This document shows, piece after piece, positions 15,918-24,012 of a stretch of 24,012 nucleotides of DNA. The stretch comes from a virus (taxonomy: Duplodnaviria > Heunggongvirae > Uroviricota > Caudoviricetes). The stretch is taken from positions 1 through 24,012 of IMG/VR virus record IMGVR_UViG_2675903504_000004; one strand, 5' to 3'. Under the pieces are notes generated by a model. It ran no database searches. It worked only from the letters and a program-made list of their open reading frames with translations, and was not told the origin of the DNA. Each line of letters starts with the position of its first letter. Position 1 is the first letter of the stretch. The translations under genes and the position numbers were made by a program.

Positions 15918-18332
15918 TTAATACAGGTTTCGCCACTTATCATCTTCCTGCAAACGCTGGTTCCGATAGAAGATACGCAGGCCTGCTCCTGACGGAATAC
16001 TGCCGCCGCGAAGGAGTAAATCGACCTCTTTCTCGCTGCCATCAAATCCTCTGGACTTCAGTTCATAGACGAGCTGCTGTCGCTGATGGTCTGTAATTCG
16101 CTGTTTGTAGTCTTTACGCCGTTTCGGTTTCACCAGGCGTAACCTTGCAGCCAGTTCCCGGCGCTCTTTTTTGCTCATACTGTGCAGGTAATCGTGCAAC
16201 TCCTTGTCATCCATGCGGGTAATGTCCGTCCTGGTATCCCCATCAGCTGATTTGTCTTTCCCTTGTTGGTTCAAATTTTCAGCAAGGGGACAGTTATTGC
16301 CACGAGTCCAAGGGGCGCAAGCGCCCTGGTCGGCTGCCGCCTCCTGAACGTCAACGGCCTTACGAACCATTTTCCACTTCACTGCATGAGTGCAGATCTT
16401 GCCCTCTGCAATGGGTGACCAGATGCCATAAATACGAATGCCGTGATCGCCATAGGCGGTCGGCTCTTCGTTGATTTCATAAGCGGTTCTGATCAGGTGA
16501 TATTTGCGGGGAACCAGTACGCCGCCCTGCTTCATGATGTAGGTGGCAAAACAACCAGCATCAGCAGCAGCCAGGATTGCATCAAGGCGCGGGTTATCCA
16601 GTACCGGCGCACCTGCTTTTTTGTCCCCCTGTTGCCTTGCCGCCTGACCAGCCAGCAATCGCAGTTCACGGTAAGCCTGACGCCCCGGAATGCCAAAGAA
16701 GCGGAATTGCTGAACACGATGCAGAGACGCCCAGGCATTAACGTATTCAGCATTATCACGCAGGGATTTCCCCGTTTCCTTGCTGATCTCGCCAGCCAGA
16801 CCACGCCCGTCAATGTTCTTACTGATGTATTTCGCGATGTAGCTTGTTGGCGTACCTTTGCGCGGGTTAATCAACTCAGACTTAAAGCGCGGCCCAGTGT
16901 TATTGCCCAGCTCCTCGCGGTCTTCACGGATGGCAAACTTACGCAGTAATACAGTGATGGCGCGGCGGTCTTTTTTGCGCATAAAACACAACAGGTGCCA
17001 GTGAACTGTACCGTCATGATGCGGCTCAGCCACCCGCACGCCATACCAGCGCAATCCGGCTTTGTGCATCGCCTTACGAAATGCAGCAAACATGCCGACC
17101 AGGTAATCACTACTTTGTCTTACCGTCGCATTTGTCCAGGTTGGGTTGGGCCTGCCGTTATTTAGCGTGGAATGGAAACGTGACGGACAGGTGATGGTGT
17201 AGAAAACGGCACAGTCACTGCGCATTTCTGCGATAAGCTCCAGACCTTTAACACAGGCCATCATCTCATTGCGGCGATGCGCCGGGTTGCTGCTGCTGGC
17301 GTTTACCACATCTTCCATATCCAGCGTGTCACCGTCTTCGTTCACCAGTTCATGAGAACGGAAAAACTCCAGCGACTTACGGCGCTGCTCACGTTTATGC
17401 ATCACGGCTTCATAGCTGACATAGGGAGATGCTTTTTTGCTGACCAGACAGACAGCACGCAACTGCTCTTCCCGCCATTCGCAACGCATCTTCCATAATT
17501 TCCTATGCCACCAGTCGGCGCACAGCATACGCGCCAGCGAACCCGGAATGAGTTCATAGGGCACGGGTTTACGGCGGTTTCTTTTCCGACGGAGTTGCTC
17601 AAACGCAGGCGGGATGACATCCAGTCGCAGGGTTTCTGCTGCCACCTTTTCCCATGTCTTGCGGATTTCTTCTGGCTTAACATCATCGGTGGCGTACAAA
17701 TCACCACAAGCGGCATCAAGACACATGCTCATATGCGCAGCGACAAGAGTAGACAGGCGTTTCACCTGATCCTGACTCATTTCAGGCAGGATCAGCAGGC
17801 CGTCCAGCCCTTCATGGCTTGCCATAAAGCGAAAAGAAGTGGATAGCTGACTCTCGCGTACATGCTCCAGTCGTTCCAGACATGGCTTAATCGTCTCACG
17901 CAAATAGCGGGAATAAGCCTTTGGCCTGCCCAGGCTGCTGAAGTATTCAATACGTTGCATCAGCGGCTTGCTGATATGGGAAGGCTGGGCGCTGACATCT
18001 GCCAGAATGACCATGTCTGGGTTAAAACGCTGCTGCTCATGCGCCAGCTTTGCCCGACTAATGAGCTTATCCTGCTCCATTTCGCGCTGGACAGGATCAC
18101 GGGATTCATTAAAGAAATAACGCTCCCAGACCTGATCACTCAGTGCCTCACGGCGCAGCAGTTCCTGCTCGTTATCGGCAGCGTACAGAGTGATCAGGTT
18201 TGAAAGCGCAGAAACCGGCGCAACTTCCGCCGGGTCCAGATAAGGGTTAATGGCCTTTTTCGGGCTGTTCCATGAGAACGATGCGGCAGCCTCGTTAAAG
18301 CCGCAGCAGTTGTTCATATCGGCATGGTTCAT
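15918..18332 (-). CDS. A: Replication initiation endonuclease gpA (rolling-circle initiator)
   Basis: 804-aa protein with ...[17 protein letters not shown]... and ...[13 protein letters not shown]..., which match the conserved P2 gpA motifs. Confidence 0.95.
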   Translation of the reverse strand: MNHADMNNCCGFNEAAASFSWNSPKKAINPYLDPAEVAPVSALSNLITLYAADNEQELLRREALSDQVWERYFFNESRDPVQREMEQDKLISRAKLAHEQQRFNPDMVILADVSAQPSHISKPLMQRIEYFSSLGRPKAYSRYLRETIKPCLERLEHVRESQLSTSFRFMASHEGLDGLLILPEMSQDQVKRLSTLVAAHMSMCLDAACGDLYATDDVKPEEIRKTWEKVAAETLRLDVIPPAFEQLRRKRNRRKPVPYELIPGSLARMLCADWWHRKLWKMRCEWREEQLRAVCLVSKKASPYVSYEAVMHKREQRRKSLEFFRSHELVNEDGDTLDMEDVVNASSSNPAHRRNEMMACVKGLELIAEMRSDCAVFYTITCPSRFHSTLNNGRPNPTWTNATVRQSSDYLVGMFAAFRKAMHKAGLRWYGVRVAEPHHDGTVHWHLLCFMRKKDRRAITVLLRKFAIREDREELGNNTGPRFKSELINPRKGTPTSYIAKYISKNIDGRGLAGEISKETGKSLRDNAEYVNAWASLHRVQQFRFFGIPGRQAYRELRLLAGQAARQQGDKKAGAPVLDNPRLDAILAAADAGCFATYIMKQGGVLVPRKYHLIRTAYEINEEPTAYGDHGIRIYGIWSPIAEGKICTHAVKWKMVRKAVDVQEAAADQGACAPWTRGNNCPLAENLNQQGKDKSADGDTRTDITRMDDKELHDYLHSMSKKERRELAARLRLVKPKRRKDYKQRITDHQRQQLVYELKSRGFDGSEKEVDLLLRGGSIPSGAGLRIFYRNQRLQEDDKWRNLY

Positions 18333-19186
18333 GCACGTACTCCGTACACGGCAGAACTATCCACGCCACGCGAATAATCAAATCCCACCCAGCAGCGCGG
18401 CCCGGAAACAGCGATGATTTCTGTTGCAGATTTACTCTCACCAGCTGCTACGCCGATGCTGCGTTTTGCCTTGATGTAGTGGTGAGTAAAATTGCGATAC
18501 AGCGAACGGATCAGGGATGTGTCACTGTTAGAAATAATGACCGGATGTCCTTCTGATGACCGATGTTCAAGAACGGATGCCAGGTGATACTGGTCATCTT
18601 CAGTGAAGCCGTCAGTGTGATAACCGGAAAACGTGCCGTCATACGGCGGATCGCAATACACCACATCCCCCGCCTTCAACATCGCTAGCGTTTCATCAAA
18701 GCTGGCGCAGATAAACGTTGCCCGCTGGGCTTTTTCTGCAAATGCGCGAATTTCTTTTTCAGGAAAATACGGATTTTTATAATTACCGTAGGGAATGTTG
18801 AAATGCCCGCTCTTGTTATAGCGACATAAACCACGGTAACCGTGACGATTGAGATACAGGAAATATACCGCTTTCATGAAATCAGTAATTTCAGTTGAGT
18901 AATTAAACTCCTGCCTTATGTTGTAATAAGCCACCTCCCTGTTTGCTTCCTCAAATAAAGCTCTGGCGCGAGATATAAACGATTCACAATCAGCAGCAAC
19001 CTTTTTATAGAGGTTGATTAAATCAGGATTAATATCCGCAACAAGATAGCTGGGGTACTCCGTCTCCATCATCACTGCACAGGAACCCGCGAAAGGTTCA
19101 ACCAGTCGCGGGCCAGCAGGAAGGTGTTTTTTCAGTTCGGACATAATTGCGGTTTTATTTCCCGCCCATTTCAGGATGGTGCTCAT
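18329..19186 (-). CDS. dam: DNA adenine methyltransferase, Dam family
   Basis: Protein from [11 protein letters not shown]... with [16 protein letters not shown] and VVYCDPPY motifs, closely paralleling E. coli Dam. Start at ATG 19186 (GGAGGTG upstream); the stop overlaps the A start. Confidence 0.9.
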   Translation of the reverse strand: MSTILKWAGNKTAIMSELKKHLPAGPRLVEPFAGSCAVMMETEYPSYLVADINPDLINLYKKVAADCESFISRARALFEEANREVAYYNIRQEFNYSTEITDFMKAVYFLYLNRHGYRGLCRYNKSGHFNIPYGNYKNPYFPEKEIRAFAEKAQRATFICASFDETLAMLKAGDVVYCDPPYDGTFSGYHTDGFTEDDQYHLASVLEHRSSEGHPVIISNSDTSLIRSLYRNFTHHYIKAKRSIGVAAGESKSATEIIAVSGPRCWVGFDYSRGVDSSAVYGVRA

Positions 19187-19410
19187 ACAGCACCTCCGTT
19201 GTAATGTTTGCCTTTCAGCTCTGCGATTTCCTGACAGGTAATGCAAAGCTGCACTCCAGGAATGGCGCGGCGGCGTGCTGGCGGAATTGGCGCTTCACAT
19301 TCAATGCAAAGCACGCGGGACACGCCCGGTGTTTTGGCACGGGCAGCACGGATATGGCGCTGGCGTTCTTCTTCAACGCGCTGCTGTACGAGATCCATTG
19401 CATCAGCCAT
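19183..19410 (-). CDS. TraR/DksA-family C4 zinc-finger protein
   Basis: 75-aa protein with CIECEAPIPPARRRAIPGVQLCITCQ (C-x2-C...C-x2-C); its stop overlaps the dam start. Confidence 0.8.
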   Translation of the reverse strand: MADAMDLVQQRVEEERQRHIRAARAKTPGVSRVLCIECEAPIPPARRRAIPGVQLCITCQEIAELKGKHYNGGAV

Positions 19411-19643
19411 TAGTGGATCTCCTGCGCTTCGTTCTGGATTGCTTCAGCGGTCACACGCAGCAGTTCTGCCGCTTCGACGTGGTTTAGCTGGCGGGATGTG
19501 ATATGACACGCAAGACTATCAAGGCGGGCAGCCATTGCTTCAGCCCTTGCTCGGCGTTCTTCCAGACGAGCCTCTGTCAGTAAAATATTAAGCCCTGCGT
19601 CATCCGGTCCGATTTTAGTCGTGAGGGTTTCAATATTACGCAT
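19410..19643 (-). CDS. Hypothetical early protein (77 aa)
   Basis: ORF with ATG at 19643 preceded by AGGAGA, in the early operon between CII and A; no recognisable motif. Confidence 0.5.
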   Translation of the reverse strand: MRNIETLTTKIGPDDAGLNILLTEARLEERRARAEAMAARLDSLACHITSRQLNHVEAAELLRVTAEAIQNEAQEIH

Positions 19644-19710
19644 AATCAATTCTCCTGAATTTAGATAAAGGGATGCCCGGCGGGTTTACGCCATTAATTT
19701 CATTAGCTGG

Positions 19711-20052
19711 TTAATTCGGCATGGTTAGCCGTCTGGGAAATAAGCTCACCACTGCACGAAAATGATTCATTGCTTTAATCAACTCCCGCTTTTCGTCAGT
19801 GGTCAGCTCATTAATGCTGATGCTATGACGTTCAGCTGGAATTTTTGCCATAAAGAATATGGCAGCCAGTGCCCGTTTATTTTGTTCGCTATTAATATCC
19901 CGTGGATCACGCATATCTTTAATAAACCGCTCAAGCTCTGACTCAATATTAAGACCAAAAACTTTCGCTCTTAATTCCGCAATGTGATTAAGTCCATTCA
20001 GGCGTTCACCGGGGCTTAATGGAACAGTCGCCGCAGCGCCTTCAATAGCCAT
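19711..20052 (-). CDS. Hypothetical early protein (113 aa)
   Basis: ORF with ATG at 20052 and a G-rich SD, in the early operon; no recognisable motif. Confidence 0.5.
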   Translation of the reverse strand: MAIEGAAATVPLSPGERLNGLNHIAELRAKVFGLNIESELERFIKDMRDPRDINSEQNKRALAAIFFMAKIPAERHSISINELTTDEKRELIKAMNHFRAVVSLFPRRLTMPN

Positions 20053-20216
20053 TTGTTCCCCCGTTTTTTCGTTGATAGTTCTGCCAACAATTCATCTTGC
20101 GAACGGCACGGATGCCAGCGTTTACCATCCTCACCCATGATCCAGCCGTGACCGTAGTGCATTGCCGGACTTTGTTTTACCAGCAGCGATGCAAATGATG
20201 GTTCTTTCGTCAGCAT
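20016..20216 (-). CDS. Hypothetical small early protein (66 aa)
   Basis: ATG at 20216 with GAGGTG 5 nt upstream, 7 nt after the cII stop; basic C-terminus; this is the position of fil in phage 186. Confidence 0.45.
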   Translation of the reverse strand: MLTKEPSFASLLVKQSPAMHYGHGWIMGEDGKRWHPCRSQDELLAELSTKKRGNKWLLKALRRLFH

Positions 20217-20223
20217 AAGCACC

Positions 20224-20733
20224 TCACAGCAAACCGAATGAAGCACCGAGGCCAGTTACAGTATCAACTGCACTTGCCATCGCAGGATTAACCTGTAAAC
20301 GGGCCTGCAATGAAACAGCAGCTAACGCCATCAGTCGTGTAACAGAGTTAATGCTGCTGATAGCATCACGACGACCTGCACTGGTTTTTACATCGCCAGA
20401 TACCGCACCTGCAGCAACACGCCCGATCTCTGCGGTTGCACTCATGACGTAATGTGGCAGTTTCTCTTTTGCCACCTCATTAATCGGTACACATGGCAGG
20501 CAGTGAATCTGTGCCAGAAAACCGTCTACCAGCGTTGAATCTTCCGTCAGATCGGTAAGTAGCCAGATATCTGGCGCATTGAGCTGATGCGGTTGATCTG
20601 GGTTGAGTTTGTTTCGCAGAGTCTGGACATTCATTCCTGCACGTTCTGCCAGCTTCGCCATATTGTGACGAAGTGCAAAAGCTCTACAGGCTTCATCAAA
20701 ATGCGGGTGTTTGGAAATCTTATAATCAAACAT
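20224..20733 (-). CDS. cII: Phage regulatory protein CII (186 CII / CP76 family)
   Basis: 169-aa protein MFDYKISKHPHFDEACRAFALRHNMAKLAERAGMNVQTLRNKLNP...; size, HTH-like N-terminus and position after the Apl/Cox-like gene match 186-type CII. Confidence 0.75.
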   Translation of the reverse strand: MFDYKISKHPHFDEACRAFALRHNMAKLAERAGMNVQTLRNKLNPDQPHQLNAPDIWLLTDLTEDSTLVDGFLAQIHCLPCVPINEVAKEKLPHYVMSATAEIGRVAAGAVSGDVKTSAGRRDAISSINSVTRLMALAAVSLQARLQVNPAMASAVDTVTGLGASFGLL

Positions 20734-20765
20734 GCTACCCCCTTAGAAAGTTCTCATAATTGAAC

Positions 20766-21008
20766 TTACTTACCAACAATGACGCGGAAGTTGGAATGAC
20801 CGAGGGATTCACGGACCTGATCGGTTTTGTACATTAAATAACGCAGGTTTACGCGGCCTTTGTTTTTTTCTTTCTTGACCATGTATTTAGCAAGCTGACC
20901 ATGGTGAATTTTTTGATACACGGAGCCGCGGGAGATACCTTCCCATTCCGCGAACTCTGCAGGCGTAGCCATCTCTTTTGGTACACGAATTGAAATATCA
21001 GTGCTCAT
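20766..21008 (-). CDS. apl: Apl/Cox-like excisionase and switch regulator
   Basis: 80-aa protein; ...TPAEFAEWEGISRGSVYQKIHHGQLAK... parallels the P2 Cox HTH region (PYQEFAKLIGKSTGAVRRMIDKGKLP); first gene of the rightward lytic operon, divergent from cI. Confidence 0.7.
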   Translation of the reverse strand: MSTDISIRVPKEMATPAEFAEWEGISRGSVYQKIHHGQLAKYMVKKEKNKGRVNLRYLMYKTDQVRESLGHSNFRVIVGK

Positions 21009-21064
21009 AGTGCAGTATCTCCCGATTAAGGTTTGGTTTACGTCGTTTTATCTCGTTTTACTTG

Positions 21065-21112
21065 ATTCAATATTTGATACATCGAGATACTACGATCCAA
21101 TATTTGATACGT
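21065..21112. promoter_or_regulatory. Lysis-lysogeny switch region with direct repeats (candidate operators)
   Basis: Two 17-bp direct repeats TYCAATATTTGATACRTC spaced about 30 bp apart, plus a CGTTTTA x2 repeat nearby, in the 119-bp gap between divergent apl and cI. Confidence 0.5.
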
Positions 21113-21127
21113 CAACAGGATTAAAAA

Positions 21128-21760
21128 ATGATACAGGTAAAGGTTGGAGAGAATACAGGGGGAAGAGAGGCTATCCATAGACTAATGGCAGCCTATGATT
21201 TCAAGTCCAGACAGCAACTTTGCGATCACTTAGGCGCATCAAAAAGCACCATGGCAAACAGATACTTAAGAGATAGTTTTCCTGCAGAGTGGGTGATTCA
21301 GTGCGCCTTGGAAACAGGAGTTTCTTTACTGTGGCTAACCACCGGACAGGGGGAGCCAGGTCCAAACATTGAACCTAAAAAAAATATCAATTCCGTGAAC
21401 TCCAGCAAGGTTGTACCTCTTTCTGAACTAGTATCTCCTGAAATTGACAAGGCGACTCTCAACGGTGGTTTATTGGTCGATGCTGGAAAAGCAATCATTG
21501 ATAGCAGCATACTCCCCTCAGACTCAAGCAACCTACTGCTGGTGACTACTTCTGGTGATTCTTATTTAATAGATCGCAACCAAACACCACCAGTAAATGG
21601 TATGTGGTTAGTCGATATCGACGGGATAAAAAGCATCGTTAAATTGACCCGACTCCCGGGAAACAAATTAGTAGTGCATCAGGATGATTCATCGTTTGAG
21701 TGCGGTCTGGATGACATTGAGGTAGTAGGCCGCGCACTGAAAATCATTAAGAGCCTTTGA
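21128..21760 (+). CDS. cI: Immunity repressor CI (186-type: N-terminal HTH plus C-terminal oligomerisation domain)
   Basis: 210-aa protein with an HTH-like segment (RQQLCDHLGASKSTMANRYLR), AGGA SD, directly upstream of int and divergent from apl. Confidence 0.75.
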   Translation: MIQVKVGENTGGREAIHRLMAAYDFKSRQQLCDHLGASKSTMANRYLRDSFPAEWVIQCALETGVSLLWLTTGQGEPGPNIEPKKNINSVNSSKVVPLSELVSPEIDKATLNGGLLVDAGKAIIDSSILPSDSSNLLLVTTSGDSYLIDRNQTPPVNGMWLVDIDGIKSIVKLTRLPGNKLVVHQDDSSFECGLDDIEVVGRALKIIKSL

Positions 21761-21761
21761 T

Positions 21762-22781
21762 ATGACCATCAGAAAACAGCCGAACGGAAAATGGTTGTGT
21801 GAGTGCTATCCCAATGGACGCAATGGCAAGCGCGTGCGTAAGCAATTTGCCACGAAAGGCGAAGCCATTGCGTTTGAAAGCTTCACAATGGAAGAAGTGA
21901 ATAAAAAACCGTGGTTGGGTGAAAAGGATGATCGGCGACGCCTATCAGAATTAATTGAGCTTTGGTATTCCCTGTATGGTCAGACACTCGCAGACCCCAA
22001 GCGCCTCATGGCGAAACTTAGAATTATCTGTAATGGTCTAGGCGACCCCATCGCCTCTGAGCTGACAGCAGGTGATTTCACAAAATATCGGGAAGCCAGA
22101 TTAAAGGGGGAGGTCCAAAATGAAGACGGTTCGTTCATGTCACCCGTTAAACCTCGCACAGTTAATCTTGAGCAGCGTAACCTGTCATCGGTGTTCGGTA
22201 CATTGAAAAAACTAGGGCACTGGTCCGCACCAAACCCGCTGGCAGGGCTTCCAACCTTCAAAATTGCTGAAGGTGAATTGGCTTTTCTTTCCACGGACGA
22301 AATCAAACGCCTGTTGGCTGCATGTGCTGAATCTCAAAGCCCGAGCCTACTAATGATTACCAAAATATGCTTAGCTACCGGCGCACGGTGGAGTGAAGCC
22401 GAAAAACTGCAGGGCCATCAGTTATCCAAATACCGCATCACTTATACCAAGACGAAGGGCAAGAAAAACCGTACCGTGCCGATATCTCAGGAGCTGTACA
22501 ACGAACTTCCTAAAAACCGAGGGAAGTTATTCTCGCCATGCAGAAAAGCCTTTGAGCGTGCAGTAAAGCGGGCCGGTATTGAGCTTCCAGAGGGTCAATG
22601 CACCCATGTATTACGTCATACATTTGCCAGCCATTTTATGATGAACGGAGGAAACATACTTGTTCTTAAAGAGATTCTCGGTCATACAGATATAAAAATG
22701 ACAATGGTTTATTCTCATTTTTCCCCAGACCATCTTGAAGATGCCGTTACCAAAAACCCTTTACATATGTTAACTATTTGA
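21762..22781 (+). CDS. int: Tyrosine integrase (P2/186 Int family)
   Basis: 339-aa protein; N-terminus ...YPNGRNGKRVRKQFATKGEAIAFE... parallels P2 Int; catalytic-type motifs GARWSEA, HVLRHTFAS and MTMVYSH are present. Confidence 0.9.
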   Translation: MTIRKQPNGKWLCECYPNGRNGKRVRKQFATKGEAIAFESFTMEEVNKKPWLGEKDDRRRLSELIELWYSLYGQTLADPKRLMAKLRIICNGLGDPIASELTAGDFTKYREARLKGEVQNEDGSFMSPVKPRTVNLEQRNLSSVFGTLKKLGHWSAPNPLAGLPTFKIAEGELAFLSTDEIKRLLAACAESQSPSLLMITKICLATGARWSEAEKLQGHQLSKYRITYTKTKGKKNRTVPISQELYNELPKNRGKLFSPCRKAFERAVKRAGIELPEGQCTHVLRHTFASHFMMNGGNILVLKEILGHTDIKMTMVYSHFSPDHLEDAVTKNPLHMLTI

Positions 22782-22791
22782 GCTTACCAAA

Positions 22792-24012
22792 ATGGATATT
22801 AAAAACAAAGTCAATAAAGAAAAGTTATTTGAGAACCATTTAAACTCATTATTAAAACAAGTCATTTCCGAACCAAAATTAAACCCTCCACTTATAGTAC
22901 ATAGAGATATAATAAGTGACTTCACTGAACGTTGCGATAAGTATCTAAAAACAATAATTAAATACAAAAGCAACAATAAAGATGGGATGCCGAATTTTGA
23001 TGAATTAATCAGCAAAGTTAAGAACATTCAAAATGGAATAACATTATCACTTGAAAGTTTTTTATCAGGTGATATCAAGTCAGCATATGACCACTTTGAT
23101 AAAACATTCTCTGATAACTCAACAATCCAACACATACATCGCATCACTACTCCACTCAGTAGCATTTGCAATCATAAAAAACCATTATTTCGAGTTAGAA
23201 AAAGTGAAAATCCTCTAACGTCAAGAGATGAAATTTTCCATATTCCATTCTCCAATAGACATTTTGTTAGTGCACAAAGATATTCAGTCGCTGGCTTACC
23301 ATGTTTATATCTTGGCACTTCTGTTTATGTTTGTTGGCAGGAGATGGGAAAACCAGATTTTGACAAGCTTTTTATTTCATCATTTACTACCAGTGAAACT
23401 GAATATAAAGTCTTAAACTTTGCATCACAGCTTTTGTTACATCCCTCACCAAATTACGCCGACGAAAATAAACTAGCCGAAACAAATAGAGTAAAGGCCT
23501 CTTATCTCATTTTCTGGCCTTTAATTATTGCATGTAATTATTTAAAAAATCATCGTTCTGCAACATTCATACAAGAGTACATTATCCCTAATTTGTTGAT
23601 GCAATGGATTAGTAGAAAAACTTACTCGAAAATTGTCGGTGTAGCTTACTTCTCTACAAAAATGCCTAATTCACGATTAAGTAACCGCTCAATAAATGTT
23701 GTATTTCCACCCAAAGTTACATATGAACAAACGGTAAAACAAAATTTTTGCCCTAAACTCTCCACATTATTCGACTTTACGCCACCTATTTCGTGGCAGG
23801 TCTTAAAAACATTAGATCATTCATCAATAACAGAAAATTCAATAGAATTGATGATGTCAAAGAGATATCTTCAAAGTCAAGAAAAACTGTCTGGAATTAA
23901 AAACTTCGAAGAGGACATTGTAAAACTATACCCCTTAACTGATTTTTACAAACTCGAAAGAAGTATTGATATGCTATTTGAATATAAAAAGATAGATAAC
24001 CCCATACTATAA
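22792..24012 (+). CDS. AT-rich 406-aa protein with RES-domain-like core (candidate NAD-targeting toxin or abortive-infection effector) and novel N- and C-terminal extensions
   Basis: ORF starts 10 bp after the int stop with much lower GC than the phage backbone. Core ...RHFVSAQRYSVAGLPCLYLGTSVYVCWQEMG... fits the RES pattern R-aromatic...G.P.LY...E. No upstream Xre-type antitoxin gene. Confidence 0.55.
   Translation: MDIKNKVNKEKLFENHLNSLLKQVISEPKLNPPLIVHRDIISDFTERCDKYLKTIIKYKSNNKDGMPNFDELISKVKNIQNGITLSLESFLSGDIKSAYDHFDKTFSDNSTIQHIHRITTPLSSICNHKKPLFRVRKSENPLTSRDEIFHIPFSNRHFVSAQRYSVAGLPCLYLGTSVYVCWQEMGKPDFDKLFISSFTTSETEYKVLNFASQLLLHPSPNYADENKLAETNRVKASYLIFWPLIIACNYLKNHRSATFIQEYIIPNLLMQWISRKTYSKIVGVAYFSTKMPNSRLSNRSINVVFPPKVTYEQTVKQNFCPKLSTLFDFTPPISWQVLKTLDHSSITENSIELMMSKRYLQSQEKLSGIKNFEEDIVKLYPLTDFYKLERSIDMLFEYKKIDNPIL

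Noticed and set aside
1-24012. CRISPR arrays, tRNA or rRNA genes, IS elements
   Set aside because: No regularly spaced direct repeats, no tRNA-like cloverleaf candidates and no transposase-like ORFs or terminal inverted repeats were seen on reading through the window.

Overview
This window is the right-hand ~23 kb of a P2/186-family (Peduovirus-like) prophage from an enterobacterium, lying in reverse orientation. All calls come from reading the sequence and ORF track by eye and from remembered protein families; no searches were run, and short-motif coordinates may be off by 1-2 nt. Minus strand, left to right: tail fibre H (partial), baseplate I-J-W-V, tail completion S-R, lysis cassette (lysC/lysB/lysA, endolysin K, holin Y), X, L, terminase small subunit M, capsid N, scaffold O. 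Terminase large subunit P and portal Q diverge on the plus strand. Beyond Q the GC-rich backbone gives way to AT-rich cargo on both sides of a cos-like sequence: a 588-aa nuclease/AIPR-like ORF and a 239-aa HNH-endonuclease-domain ORF. Then follow a LexA-box-controlled small ORF plus DinI-like gene, replication gene A, a Dam-like methylase, a TraR/DksA-like protein, small early ORFs, a 186-type CII/Apl/CI switch and a tyrosine integrase. A 406-aa AT-rich ORF with a RES-domain-like motif sits 10 bp after int. The best candidates for an undescribed defence or abortive-infection function are the two cargo genes flanking cos and the RES-like gene beside int.
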